NCBI GenBank assembly: GCA_001642005.1 | Contig: LWCA01000220.1 | Span: 1 to 38,995, forward strand | DNA length: 38,995 bases | Direction of reading: 5' to 3' | Source: Intoshia linei | Lineage: Eukaryota > Animalia > Orthonectida | Shown here: positions 22,517 through 34,500 of the stretch, piece after piece | Numbering within the stretch: position 1 is the first letter of the stretch | Layout: each line of letters opens with the position of its first letter | Program-made: the position numbers and the translations under genes | The notes under the pieces: generated by a model | Databases searched by the model: none | Seen by the model: the letters and a program-made list of their open reading frames with translations, nothing else | Told to the model about the DNA's origin: nothing

Positions 22517-25500
22517 ATGACCAATAAACGTAAAAGAAGTTCCGTAATATAATGAATGTTTAAAATTAGTCATTTATTTAGATTTTAAAATCTAGCAGTA
22601 TATACCAGCCATTTTCTGGTAAATTGGCGAAACAAGTCAGCTTTGCGGAGACATGTCATGTTTTGTATGCTTTAAAATTATTTATTGGGATATTTCATAT
22701 TATTGTATTGTTCCCTAACTTTTCTTGGTAAGTTTTAGTATGAACTAGATTGACTGTTATGTATTTTGTACAAACAGCACCTAGCTCTTGAGAGGGCGGT
22801 CTTTTTTAATTCTACCAAAAAAATAAATTTAATAATAAAATCTTAATTATAAATGCTACTATTATCTACTATCAATCATTTAAACTTTAAAGGCCTTTCA
22901 ATTTTACATTAGTAAAGGATTTGGATTTGACAGAATTGGTAGAAAAAATTTTAATTAGAAGAAACTGATTTTAAAAATTGTGTAAATTTTTTAGCAAATG
23001 TGTTGTACTACAATATCTTTTATGGCAGCGGTTCCCAAATGGGGCTAATTTATTTATATTATTTATAGAAATTATTTTAGGAATAACAGCTCGTCTGATA
23101 CTATGACTCGTAAATTATAGATATTTTTTAAATTCCCAAAAATAATTGAAAATATAAATTAATTTGTAACAATATACTTAATTTTTTAGGTATTTACGTC
23201 TATTTGGTATTTTCTGTGATTTTAGGGTTGCATATTAAATATATGTACGTCCCCATTTCATCAGTTCAATGATTAACGATTTTTGAGATATCCATTTTTG
23301 ATCAAGTAGAGTTTTAACAATTTTATATTTTGTATGTTATATTCGTCATTCTATATCATGTGTTCTTAATTTGGGGTGCCAGAAAATTTTTGGATAAAAA
23401 TCATTTTATAGCTATATTTTTTAATCTTGAATTAAGTTTCCAAATAAATTAAAGACAAAAGGTTAAGAACTCATGTTCTATGCTAAGATGGTCCAAACAT
23501 ATGGCGAGTGAAGATAAAAAAATAAATTTTGTATATTATATATGCTTTTATATTCTGCTATGCTTTTGTTGGATGGACTGTATTAATCTAACGCTAAATA
23601 AACCTTTTTATTTGAAATATACTTTTTAAGTTTGATTCTCCAAAGTTACTAGAGCCGCCTCGAGGCAATTTGGTCCCTAATATTATTTTTTATTCTAATT
23701 TAATTATTTTATTTAATAATAATAGTAGTTGATAAATATTTGATTATTTTATTATAATTTATAGGGAATTTCAGAAAATTGGAAAGGCTGAAAATTCTCC
23801 AGGTTATATTATAAGTTAAGATTAAAGCAACCACTATCCAAAAGTACAAAATATTAAGTACGTTTTAGTGCATTATTAGTAAATTGCTAAAAATTTAATT
23901 TTTGTCAGAAGAGAATGGAATTTGTGATACACTTATAAGTTATTTTAACTTATAGCATGAGTTCTTAACTTTTTTCCACTTAGCAGCCCTTAAATTAAAT
24001 TAAATTCGATTTGGCATCCCCAAAAATGTAATAAACTTAATAATATAATTGCAGTAACAAAACATTACTGGCTGAAATGGCTAAAAATTGCTTTAACTTT
24101 GAATTAGACAAAACACTGTGGTTTTTACGATTTATCAATATCATTTATTTTAGTGTCGTTTAATATTAACCGATTTCATTTTTTTGGTATAAATGCTTAA
24201 AATCAAAAAAGTAGACACCCTAATATACATATTAAAATAGTTACATAATATGTATATCAAAACATTTTAAAAATGGTCTTTTACATCTTGGTTTGCATTT
24301 AAAAATACATCTAGTCCACATGGTACGTCTTTAAAAATATCAAAATTTAAAAACGATGTGACACTCTAATACAGCGGTTCTCAACCTTTTTCAGGTCATA
24401 GCCCAAAAAAGTTTTGCCTAAGATTCCATGTCCCACCTTAAAATATTTACTTTTATTTACAGTATAATAAACTGCTGAAAATCCATCTTATACAAGCCAT
24501 GTTGTAGGAAAAGCAATAATGCTTGGTTGAACATAATCAAACACAATTGGATTTAATTCTATAATTCCCATAAATCCAAATACACCTTACTTTTCTATTC
24601 GTTTTACTATTTCAAACCTTCTTTTAAGTCTAAGAGATTTTGAGTTAGTTCAGGACTGGTTTTATCATTTGGTCCAAAGTTTTGAAGATCTGTAAACCAT
24701 AATTCAAAATTTATATTTTAAATTCATTTGCATTATTAGATTTTGTTTTGGTTAGCAATTTTATGGCTTAATACACCAAATGTTTTTTAATTTTGAAAAT
24801 TTTCTGTGGTCCACGTTGAGAACCCCTGCCGTAATGTAAAATTTATTGAAAAATTTTCTGGCACCCCAGGTTAAGAACTCATGACTTATACTATATGTTT
24901 AACTTATAACGCTATATTGACCATAATGATATTATAGTACAATTGAAATTGTAATAACATACATGTATTACTAATAATATATTTACCAAATATTTTGTAC
25001 ATTTGGAGAGTGGTTGCTCGAATCCAGTGGCTCTCGATTCAAGTAGTGTACGTACTACGGACACCATTTCAAAATATTTATTTTTTTGAACCCCAAAGGA
25101 AATATGAAATTGAAGGTTTTTTCTCATAAGATTTGATAAAATCGGATTTTTCAAAAAAATATTGGAAATAGAGGATATTTTCTTTAAGCGTTGCTAAAAT
25201 TCAATTTTTATTTTGAGGTTAGAATAAGAGGTTTTTCTAAGTTTAATAATATTTGATAAAATTGTGTTTATCAAAAAAATATTGGAAAAAGAGGATTAAA
25301 AGTGATTGTACAGTCATTCTTAACTCTTTTTACAACTTACATTAATTATAATACTATATAATGTAATTATATTGTCTCAATTATTAATAAGTAATTATGT
25401 TTATTTAGCATCATCTATCAATATGAGTAACGTTACACAAAATGATAAAATGAATGATGATAAAGACACAATGCAAAACATTAGTTATGCCGATGATTGC

Positions 25501-28500
25501 GATACACAGAATGGTACTATATCGTCAATATTAATTAATTTATTAATGGAGTAGTCAATGTTCTGGTCACTATGAAAATGAGGTTATTATAGTATTAATA
25601 ATGCTTTAATCCTCAGAATTTGTAAGAAACAAATTTTTTTTTATTCTTTACTTATATAAGATTGAATGTATGTGTTACCGTTTAAATTAGAACAGATTAT
25701 TAACAGTAGAGATTCTTAGAATTAAACAACAGAAAATTCTAATGCAGTTTTCAAGAGTGACGCAATAACGTAACTTTCGTTCTCAGAAATTAAGAGCTGC
25801 AGCGTCAAAAATACAGATTACCTTTTTTTAAAAGAGCCTTAGAAGTTTTGAAAACACAATTTCTTGGACACTTTTTGGAAATAATAATAATCATGAGCAT
25901 TGTCATAAATCAACCAATAAATCAGGGGTTTTCACACTTTTTTTGACGGGCGACGCGTAATCAATTATAAATTATAAAATCAATCGCGGACCATTAAAGA
26001 GAAATACTAGGCAACCTTATAAAAAAATTTAATAAAAATCTTAATACATTATAATTTAATAATATCTTAGTACTTGAATGTAATATAATACGTTATTGAC
26101 TTTTAAGTATTAAATATTTTTTCAAAATTATCTCTCCGACCGGTAAAAATTTTTTACGGACCAGTACTGGTACTATAACCGGCATTTACGAAACGCTGTA
26201 ATAAATCATTGTCATAAACCCGACATTACCCTTTTTTTATAAAATAAAACAGTCCTATAATTTAAAAAAAATCACAATTACATATAGTAGTTATTGCCCT
26301 TTAATATACATTGTATGTTGCTAAATTTTGTAAATATATACAAAAATATTAGACCAAAGCCGTACTTTTGCCTTCCATTATATATTTTTAATGACCAAAA
26401 TATGTGGATATCTTTCTATTATAATATTTTTGTGTTATAGAAATGTCAATCAGTATGATCAATTCTGATTCAAATACCAGTCTCGCTAAAAATGTTGAAT
26501 CGAATAATACGATTAGTTTTACAATGAATGAATTGACTTGCGAACCTAATGAATCTGATTTATGTCCTAAATTATCTGGTGAAGAAAGTAATCGCAGCAT
26601 TTCAATTTTAGATTCTATTTATATAAATAGATCTGATGATTGCAAAGGTACATTAGAGAACGGTGATTTCATGCTTATCAGTTTTTCCATTTTTGTATAC
26701 ATAATATATAAACCAGGGGTTCCCACACTTTTTTCGCGGCGGAATGGTAATAAATTATAAAATATACTGCGGACCATTAAAACAATATTACTAGGGATAA
26801 TTAAAAAAATTTTGATAAAAAATGTACTGAATGGACTTTTAATGAGTAACAATTTTTTCAAAATTTTTCGAAAACCTTTCAAAATTTGGATTGGCATGTG
26901 GGAAACGCTGATGTAAACTGTTTTATAAAACAAGAATGTTCAGAGTCGCAAAATTTTTTCTTTGGATCACTGAACACCCAAAATATGTATGAAATGGTCA
27001 CTTTCCCGTTCATTTAAGGATTTTAGATTTTTTTATTTTTAAAATTTAAAAAGATTTTTAGGGTGTTTTTTCAACCTTGAAATAATATTTTCGTGTCAAA
27101 ATTGTTGATGATTATTTCATTTTTAGATAACGATTACATTGGATATTGGGATATTTTTTATAATATTTTTATCCTTACATTAAAAGTTAATTGAAATTAA
27201 ATTTGTTTTACTAAACTTTGTTAGAATTTTTGTCATTTTTGTATAATATTTTAATATAAAATATAGAATTATCTATGGATTGCAACGTCAGTTTAAATGA
27301 TAACGACTTAGTCAATGTTACTGAAAAAATAAAAAGTGCAAAAAAATCATTTAGCGTTGATGAAAACAATAGTATTGATATGAGTTCCTCTAATGATATA
27401 CCCATGATGCAATTAAATTTTCACGATGTTACTAATATTGGTAACAATAATGGTAAATTTTATTTTTATTTTTTATTTAATATTTGTAATAATTGTTTAT
27501 ATTTTTGATTTACTTGTTTGGATAATATTATTCATCTACCAGATCCTGGTTGTATCTATCGACAATACTAAAAAAATCCACTGATGAGAACAAATTATAA
27601 ATTTGTAAGTTACAATTCTAAATTTAATTTTTGCGACAAACTTTACCTTTGCTGTAAGGTTCGGTTTTATCAAAATTTGAATAAAAAATTTTTCAAATAA
27701 TTTTAAGATTTTGTGATGGTATGAATTTGAAAAGTTTGTTGAATAAACGTTTCCTGATCCGTGCTATTCAATATACTGTTTCGAATCTAGGGGTAAATTT
27801 GAGAACCGTGGTGATAAGTATATGCCCAAGACTAAGATCTTTATTGGCTTAATATTTTTATTTTACAATATAACATTTATTTTTATTTGTAACACTGTAT
27901 TTATGATTTTGGTAATTATTTTTCATCTGTATTTAACATATTTCCGGTCTATTCTTGGTTTTGGGTTCTACAAGGTGGATACGTTAATGTTGTAATTTTT
28001 ATTTTAGACGTCTCAATGAACTGTAATGAAACAAATGATTTTAATAATTTAACTATGATTGCAAGCGATACAATTGAAATTGAAACAAATTCTTTTAACA
28101 TGGATGACAATAAATCTATCGAAATTGGTTGTTCTAATAATGTGTCCATGAAACATTCTTATTCCCAAAATATTTCAAATTGCAATAAAACTAATGGTAT
28201 GATTTTCTCTTTGTTAGTTGCAGGGATTTATCGTTCCTTTATATGAGTTTTTTAAATTTTATTCTCAGAAATTGAGATCTTCAGGACATAAACCTAAATA
28301 CCCATTTTTTCAATGAAAAGAATCCTAGAATTTTAAAATACATACATTTTGGGACAGTTTATAAATAATTTTTAACCTGCAAGAATTTATTATATGCATG
28401 TACTAGATCAGTCATTCTTAACTATGCGTCTCCGCGCATTTGTGTACCAGGAGTACAAGTATTGTTTAGGTGATAGTGGAGTGACCAATGGTCACTGACC

Positions 28501-31500
28501 ACTGAAAACTAGCCTAGTATGTAAGGATTAATATTCTATATACAGGTATATTAAAAAAATGTTTTAGTGACATTTTATTGAGATCTCTATGTTGAGTTAG
28601 TGGTGATGTTATTAGGGACAGTTGGAATTTTTTGTTATATTTTTATTTATATTAAACATTTAATCAACGATATTTAAGCGGAAATATCAATGGTCAGTAT
28701 GGGGAAAAACGAAACTATGCAAATCTCACCAGAAATCAATCATAAATCAAGTAAAGAATGTACTATTCAACAATGTAATACATTCAACGATATCAGCATG
28801 GATGTAGCTGCAAGTGACAGATCTTGTTTTATAAAAAATGAAAATTTCGATATGAAATTATCCTTGATAAATAACGATTCAGGGACTTGTCGCGCTACAA
28901 CTAGTATTGTTTAATAATATAAATAATGTAATAAATAATGATTTTAAAAAATCAATACTAAAGTGAATTTTTGACCGTGAAGGCGTCAATTTATGAAATT
29001 AAATTTTTTTGTGTGGGTTAACTGGAAATAACTATTAGCTGTGATTTTTTTTAAATGTGATACAGTCCAACCCCGGTTTGGGGCAGCAATAATACCATAG
29101 TGCCTCAAATACAGGGGTTTTTGATAAAAATAATTAAGTTCAATGTATAACCGTATATTAGAAGATGGTGATTAGTAATCACTGATTACATCGTTTAAAT
29201 TTTTATATAGATTTGTATTAATAATATATTAATATAGATTCTATTATAATAATTAATATATTCACAATCACAATAATCCAATATATCTGACTCAGATATA
29301 GAATTTTGTACATCAACCATATCTGTAATTTGATCAAAGTCTAAAAATTATGATTACGCTACCGTCAACGTTGAGAACTAGTAATCTAGACAATAACAAT
29401 AATTAAATTCGCATGTTGACCCACACAGCTAGGTCACATGAATATTTCAAGATTTAGACAAGATTAAATATATTTAATATAAAATAATAATTTAATATGA
29501 AAAAGGACACATAGTATATTGTAAACATCAATGATTTTTACTATACAAAAATAATTAAGTAAAATATTATTTATTTTAGTTTTTATTATTTAGTTTTAAA
29601 CATTTTGGATAATTTTCTTTCTGATCATTTACCATTTTTAAATAATTTTGCAATTTCTAATTTACTAGAATAATTTAATTTTAGCATTACAAGAATAAAT
29701 AAATATATTTTTAATTTAATATAACTAGAAATTATATTTTTAATATTTTTTGCCCCAAAACCGGATTAATTTCAAATATACTGCTATGCGATAGCTGTAA
29801 ATTTTAAGAAATTAACATTAAATTAGCAAAGTGCCCCAAAATGCGATGGTGCCCTTCACTAAAAATTTTCCCCAAAACGGGGTCGGACTGTAGTATGAAT
29901 TATAAAAGTTTGTTGAGTTAACGTTATCGGATCTATGCTATTCAATATGCTGTTCCGAATCTATGGGATAGGAATATGGCCATATGACCCAAAATAAGAT
30001 CTTTAATGTCTTCATATTTTTATTTTACCATACTACACGTTTTTGTTTTGATTTGTAACACTGCATTTATGATTTTGATACTTATTTTTTTATCTGAATC
30101 TGGCCTATTTCTGGTATAATCTTGGTTCTGGGGTGTTTATAGGGTGGATAATATCCACGGATATACAGTCGAAATCCTTATTAACGGAATTTTTGTTAGC
30201 GCAAATTCCATATTAACGAAGTTTTAAATTATTTATTGATTTTTTTTAACGAATTTGTATGAACCAAAAATTCCGTTAATAATAATTTTATCTTTAAAGC
30301 TCTAGAATATATTTTTAAGAGAATCATAAATATTATCTCATTTTTTTATCAAATTTCTAATAGATATTAAATTAGATGGCGTTAATTAGAATAATTACTA
30401 TCATTGCGAAAATATCACTTTTAACTAATCATTTATATCTGTAAATAATTTAATATTTATAAAATTTTACATAGACCCCAAAAAACTGATGTGGACACGT
30501 TGATAATGTTTTGTGCATATTAGTTCGTCATGTATTATTTAAAACTCATAATAACAAGAAATATGACCATTTAATGGTTTTTATTTAAAAAATTAAATTC
30601 CGTTAACTGTGGTGTTACTATGGGGAAAATTCCATATTAACGGAATTACGGAATTCTCAATTCCATTAATAAGGACTTAGACTATATTAATGTTGTTAAT
30701 TTTTATTTTAGACGTCTCAATGAACTGTAATGAAACAAATTCTTTTAACATGGATGACAAATCTATCCAAATTAGTTGCTTTAATAATATGTCTATGAAA
30801 GATTCCTATTCCCAAAATATTTCAAATTGTAATAAAACTAATGGTATTATTTTCTCTTTTGTATTGCAGGATGCATCGTTTCTTTATATGGGTTTTTTAA
30901 ATTGATATCAGGAAATTGAGACCTTCATAATAAAAACCTAAATACTATTATTTTAAATTAAAATAATTGTAGAATTTAAAAATACATAAATTATGGGACA
31001 GTTTTAGAATAATTTTTAATCTGCAAGACTTTATCACATAAATTTTATAGATCAGTTATTTTTAACCAATGCACCACAAATAAAATAGTCAAATCTCACC
31101 AACCACAGATATCCCAGTTAAAAACTAATATAAAATGTACTAATATTGTCAAAATATATTTTTTTATTATTATTATTGTTGTTTTTTCTTATCAAATTTA
31201 CATTTTACAGGTGCATCCTGTAGTAAAAAAGGTTAAGAAACATTTCTCTAGGCAGAATTTCTTAACGGGGTGCTAGAAAAAATATTTTTATTATTTAAAT
31301 ATTTACTAACTCATTTTATTTATTTGCATTTTGTTAAGTGAATTTATCCTTCACTTATATAAAATTGAATGTCTGTGTGTGTGTTACCTTTTATTTAAAA
31401 AATTGACTGTCATAGAATTAAAAAACCCAATTTCTAATACAGTTTTTGCTAGAGCTTGTTTTTATTTATTTTTTAGTTATCAGATTTGAGTGATTCAGGG

Positions 31501-34500
31501 CCAAAATCCCAATTTCTCTTTTTGTTTAAAAAATAAATCAGCCAAAAAATTTAATAAAACATACATGGTGGACGCGTTTTAAAATCATTAACATTTTGGT
31601 AAATCTCAGCCTCAGAAACACATACTTTCATGGTAAAATCCTTAAATTACCCTTTGTTTTAAAAAGTAAACATGTCCTAAAATTTTATAAAAAATAAATT
31701 CTGGAATAATTTTTAAAATCATAAGCATTATGATAAATGGAAACATAAAAAAGTTTAAAGAAGTTTAAGGGTTTTTAAAATATTTAACAATCTTTTAAGG
31801 TTTGGAGTAAAATCACACCTTTGGAGGTGACTATTATAATACTCATATTAATTAATTAAAATTTACAGCACAGGATTTCTTATTATGTATTATTTAACTA
31901 TAATTTAAAAAATATTCTGTTGCCATGAAATTATTGTCCACACACCCTGTGAGAAAAGTCACTCTAAGCCACTGCTACATAACAATCTACCTAGTATCTT
32001 ATAAAATACAGTTTTTATGTTCATTTTTTACAATTTATTGATGTTATTTATTAATTTCGATATTAATAGGGTGGTTTTTTTAAATGGCAATAAAATACGA
32101 TTTTTACGTTGAATTATAAGATAACATTATTTATTTTTCACAGGGGTACTGGAAATAATAGATGTGGCTAACGGAAATTTCTAAATTTTCTAAATTTAAA
32201 AAAGTCTAATAAACCTGCACTAGGCATAAAATTTTAGAGAATCTTATGTCATACATATTAGATCGATATAATCATTGATTTTGCTAATTAATCATATTAT
32301 TGATTTTTTGATCAAATTTTTGTGGGTTAGTTTAATTAATTTTTTTCTATATTATATAAAACATTTTTTATATTTTTCGTATTCAAATTTTAAAGATTTT
32401 AAAGCAAATATTGTAGGGTTTTTAAGGCAACATTTTTTTATATATTTTTTTAAAAATTTTCAAGATTTCTAATTGAGATATTTACGTCAAGTTAATGTTG
32501 ATGTCATGAGCTAGGGTTGTAATTTGTTGTTATATTTTTATTTAAACATTTCATGAACAATATTTAAGCGGAAATATCAATGGTGAGTATGGGGGAAAAC
32601 GAAACTATGCAAATTTTACCAGCAATCAATCATAAATCAAGTAAAGAATGTACTGTTCAAAAATCTAATATGTACAACGACATGAGTATGGATGTATCTA
32701 CAAGTGACAAATCTTGTTTTATAAAAGATGAAAGTGTCGATATGAAATTATCCTTGAGAAATAACAATTCAGGGACTTGTCACTCTATGATTGGTAATGT
32801 TTAATAAAATATTTAGCAATTTAAAAAAATCAATACTAATTTAATTTTTTGACCGTCAATGCTTAAATTTATGCAATTAAATTTTTAGTGTGGGTTTAAC
32901 TGAAAATAACTATTAGCTGTGATTTTTTTAAAATGTAAAATTTAAAAAAAGGGTAATATTTTCATTTTACCATATTACAAGTTATAATATTATGATTTTT
33001 AACATAGAATTTATAATTGTGATTTTATTTTTTATTTAAATCTGCCTATTTCTGGTCTATTATTGGTTCTGGGTGTTTATAAGGTGAATACACTAATGTT
33101 GTTAATTTTTATTTTAGATGTTTCAATGAACTGTAATGAAACAAATGATTTAAATAATTTAACTATGATTGCAAGCGATAAAATTGAAATTGAAACAAAT
33201 TCTTTTAACGTGGATGACAAATCTATTAAAATTAGTTGCTCTAATGATATTTCCATAAAACATTCCTATTCCCAAAATATTTCAAATTGCAGTAAAACTA
33301 ATGGTATGCTTTTCTCTTTTTTAGTTGCAGGGATTTATTGTTCCTTTATATGAGTTTTTTTAAATTTGATTCTCTGAAATTGAAGCCTTCAAGGTCGAAA
33401 CGTAAATGATTCTTTTTTTAAATGAAAAAATCGTAGAATTTTAAAAGAAATAAATTCTGGTACAATTTTAAAATAATTTTTAACTGCAAGAATTTATGAC
33501 ATCCACCTTTAAATCATTGATTCTTAACCGTCGCGTCCGGCACATTTGTGCTTCATGAGTAGTGTTATTATTATCAAAATTTAAGATAGACCCTGAAGTT
33601 AAAAAGATTAAGAAACACTGCTCTACAGCGATATTAATTTGAACGATGTATTGTTGGAGCATTAAATATCTTACACATTAGACTATAAAGCTTAGAGCGA
33701 CATAATCATCGATTTTGCTAATTAATCATATTATTGATTTTTTTACCAAATTTTGTGGGTTTCTTTAAGTAAACATTTTTTTGTTTAAATTTTGAATAGT
33801 TTTTAAGGCAAAATTTTATCACCAATTCTTTAAAGATTTTCAATTTATTTTTGCAACCAAAATTTGATGGGGTTTTAAGGCAATATTTATCAGTTTACCA
33901 GAAATTGCCCAAAGATGTGCCATAATATAATTCAAATTTGCCCAAGAGTGTGCCGTAATATTGTCAAATTCTAGTGGCCCTAGAGAGGAGCTGTGATATA
34001 TGTAAATTGTTGTTTGTATATTTAATTTTGTGTTATATATCTTATGCTATCATGTTAATCATCTTTGATGTATAGAGTTAACAAGTCCTGCTATATATAA
34101 TAATAATGCAATTATATTAGAATATTAATATTATTATCTATGCATGTATCTTTTATATACAATTATATTCAAAAAAATATTACTGATCTCTAATTGGCAT
34201 TTTTACCCCAATTTAGTAGTGATGTTAGGAAGAAGGGTTGTTATATTTATATGTAAACATTTAATGAACAATATTTAAGCGGAAATATCAATGGTTAGTA
34301 TGGGGAAAAACGAAACTGTGCAAATTTCACCAGCAATCAAACATAAATCAAGTAAAGAATGTACTGTTCAACAATCTAATATAGTCACCGACATCAGCAT
34401 GGATGTATCTACAGGTGATAGATCTTGTTTTATACAAGATGAAAGTGTCGATATGAAATTATCCTTGAGAAATAATGATTCAGGGACTATTCACGCTACG

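Noticed and set aside
28480-28512. Hairpin AGTGACCA-A-TGGTCACT followed by CTAG as a Helitron 3' end or terminator
   Set aside because: Single occurrence with no matching 5' end; equally explained as the decayed end of the hAT-like fragment starting at ~28409.
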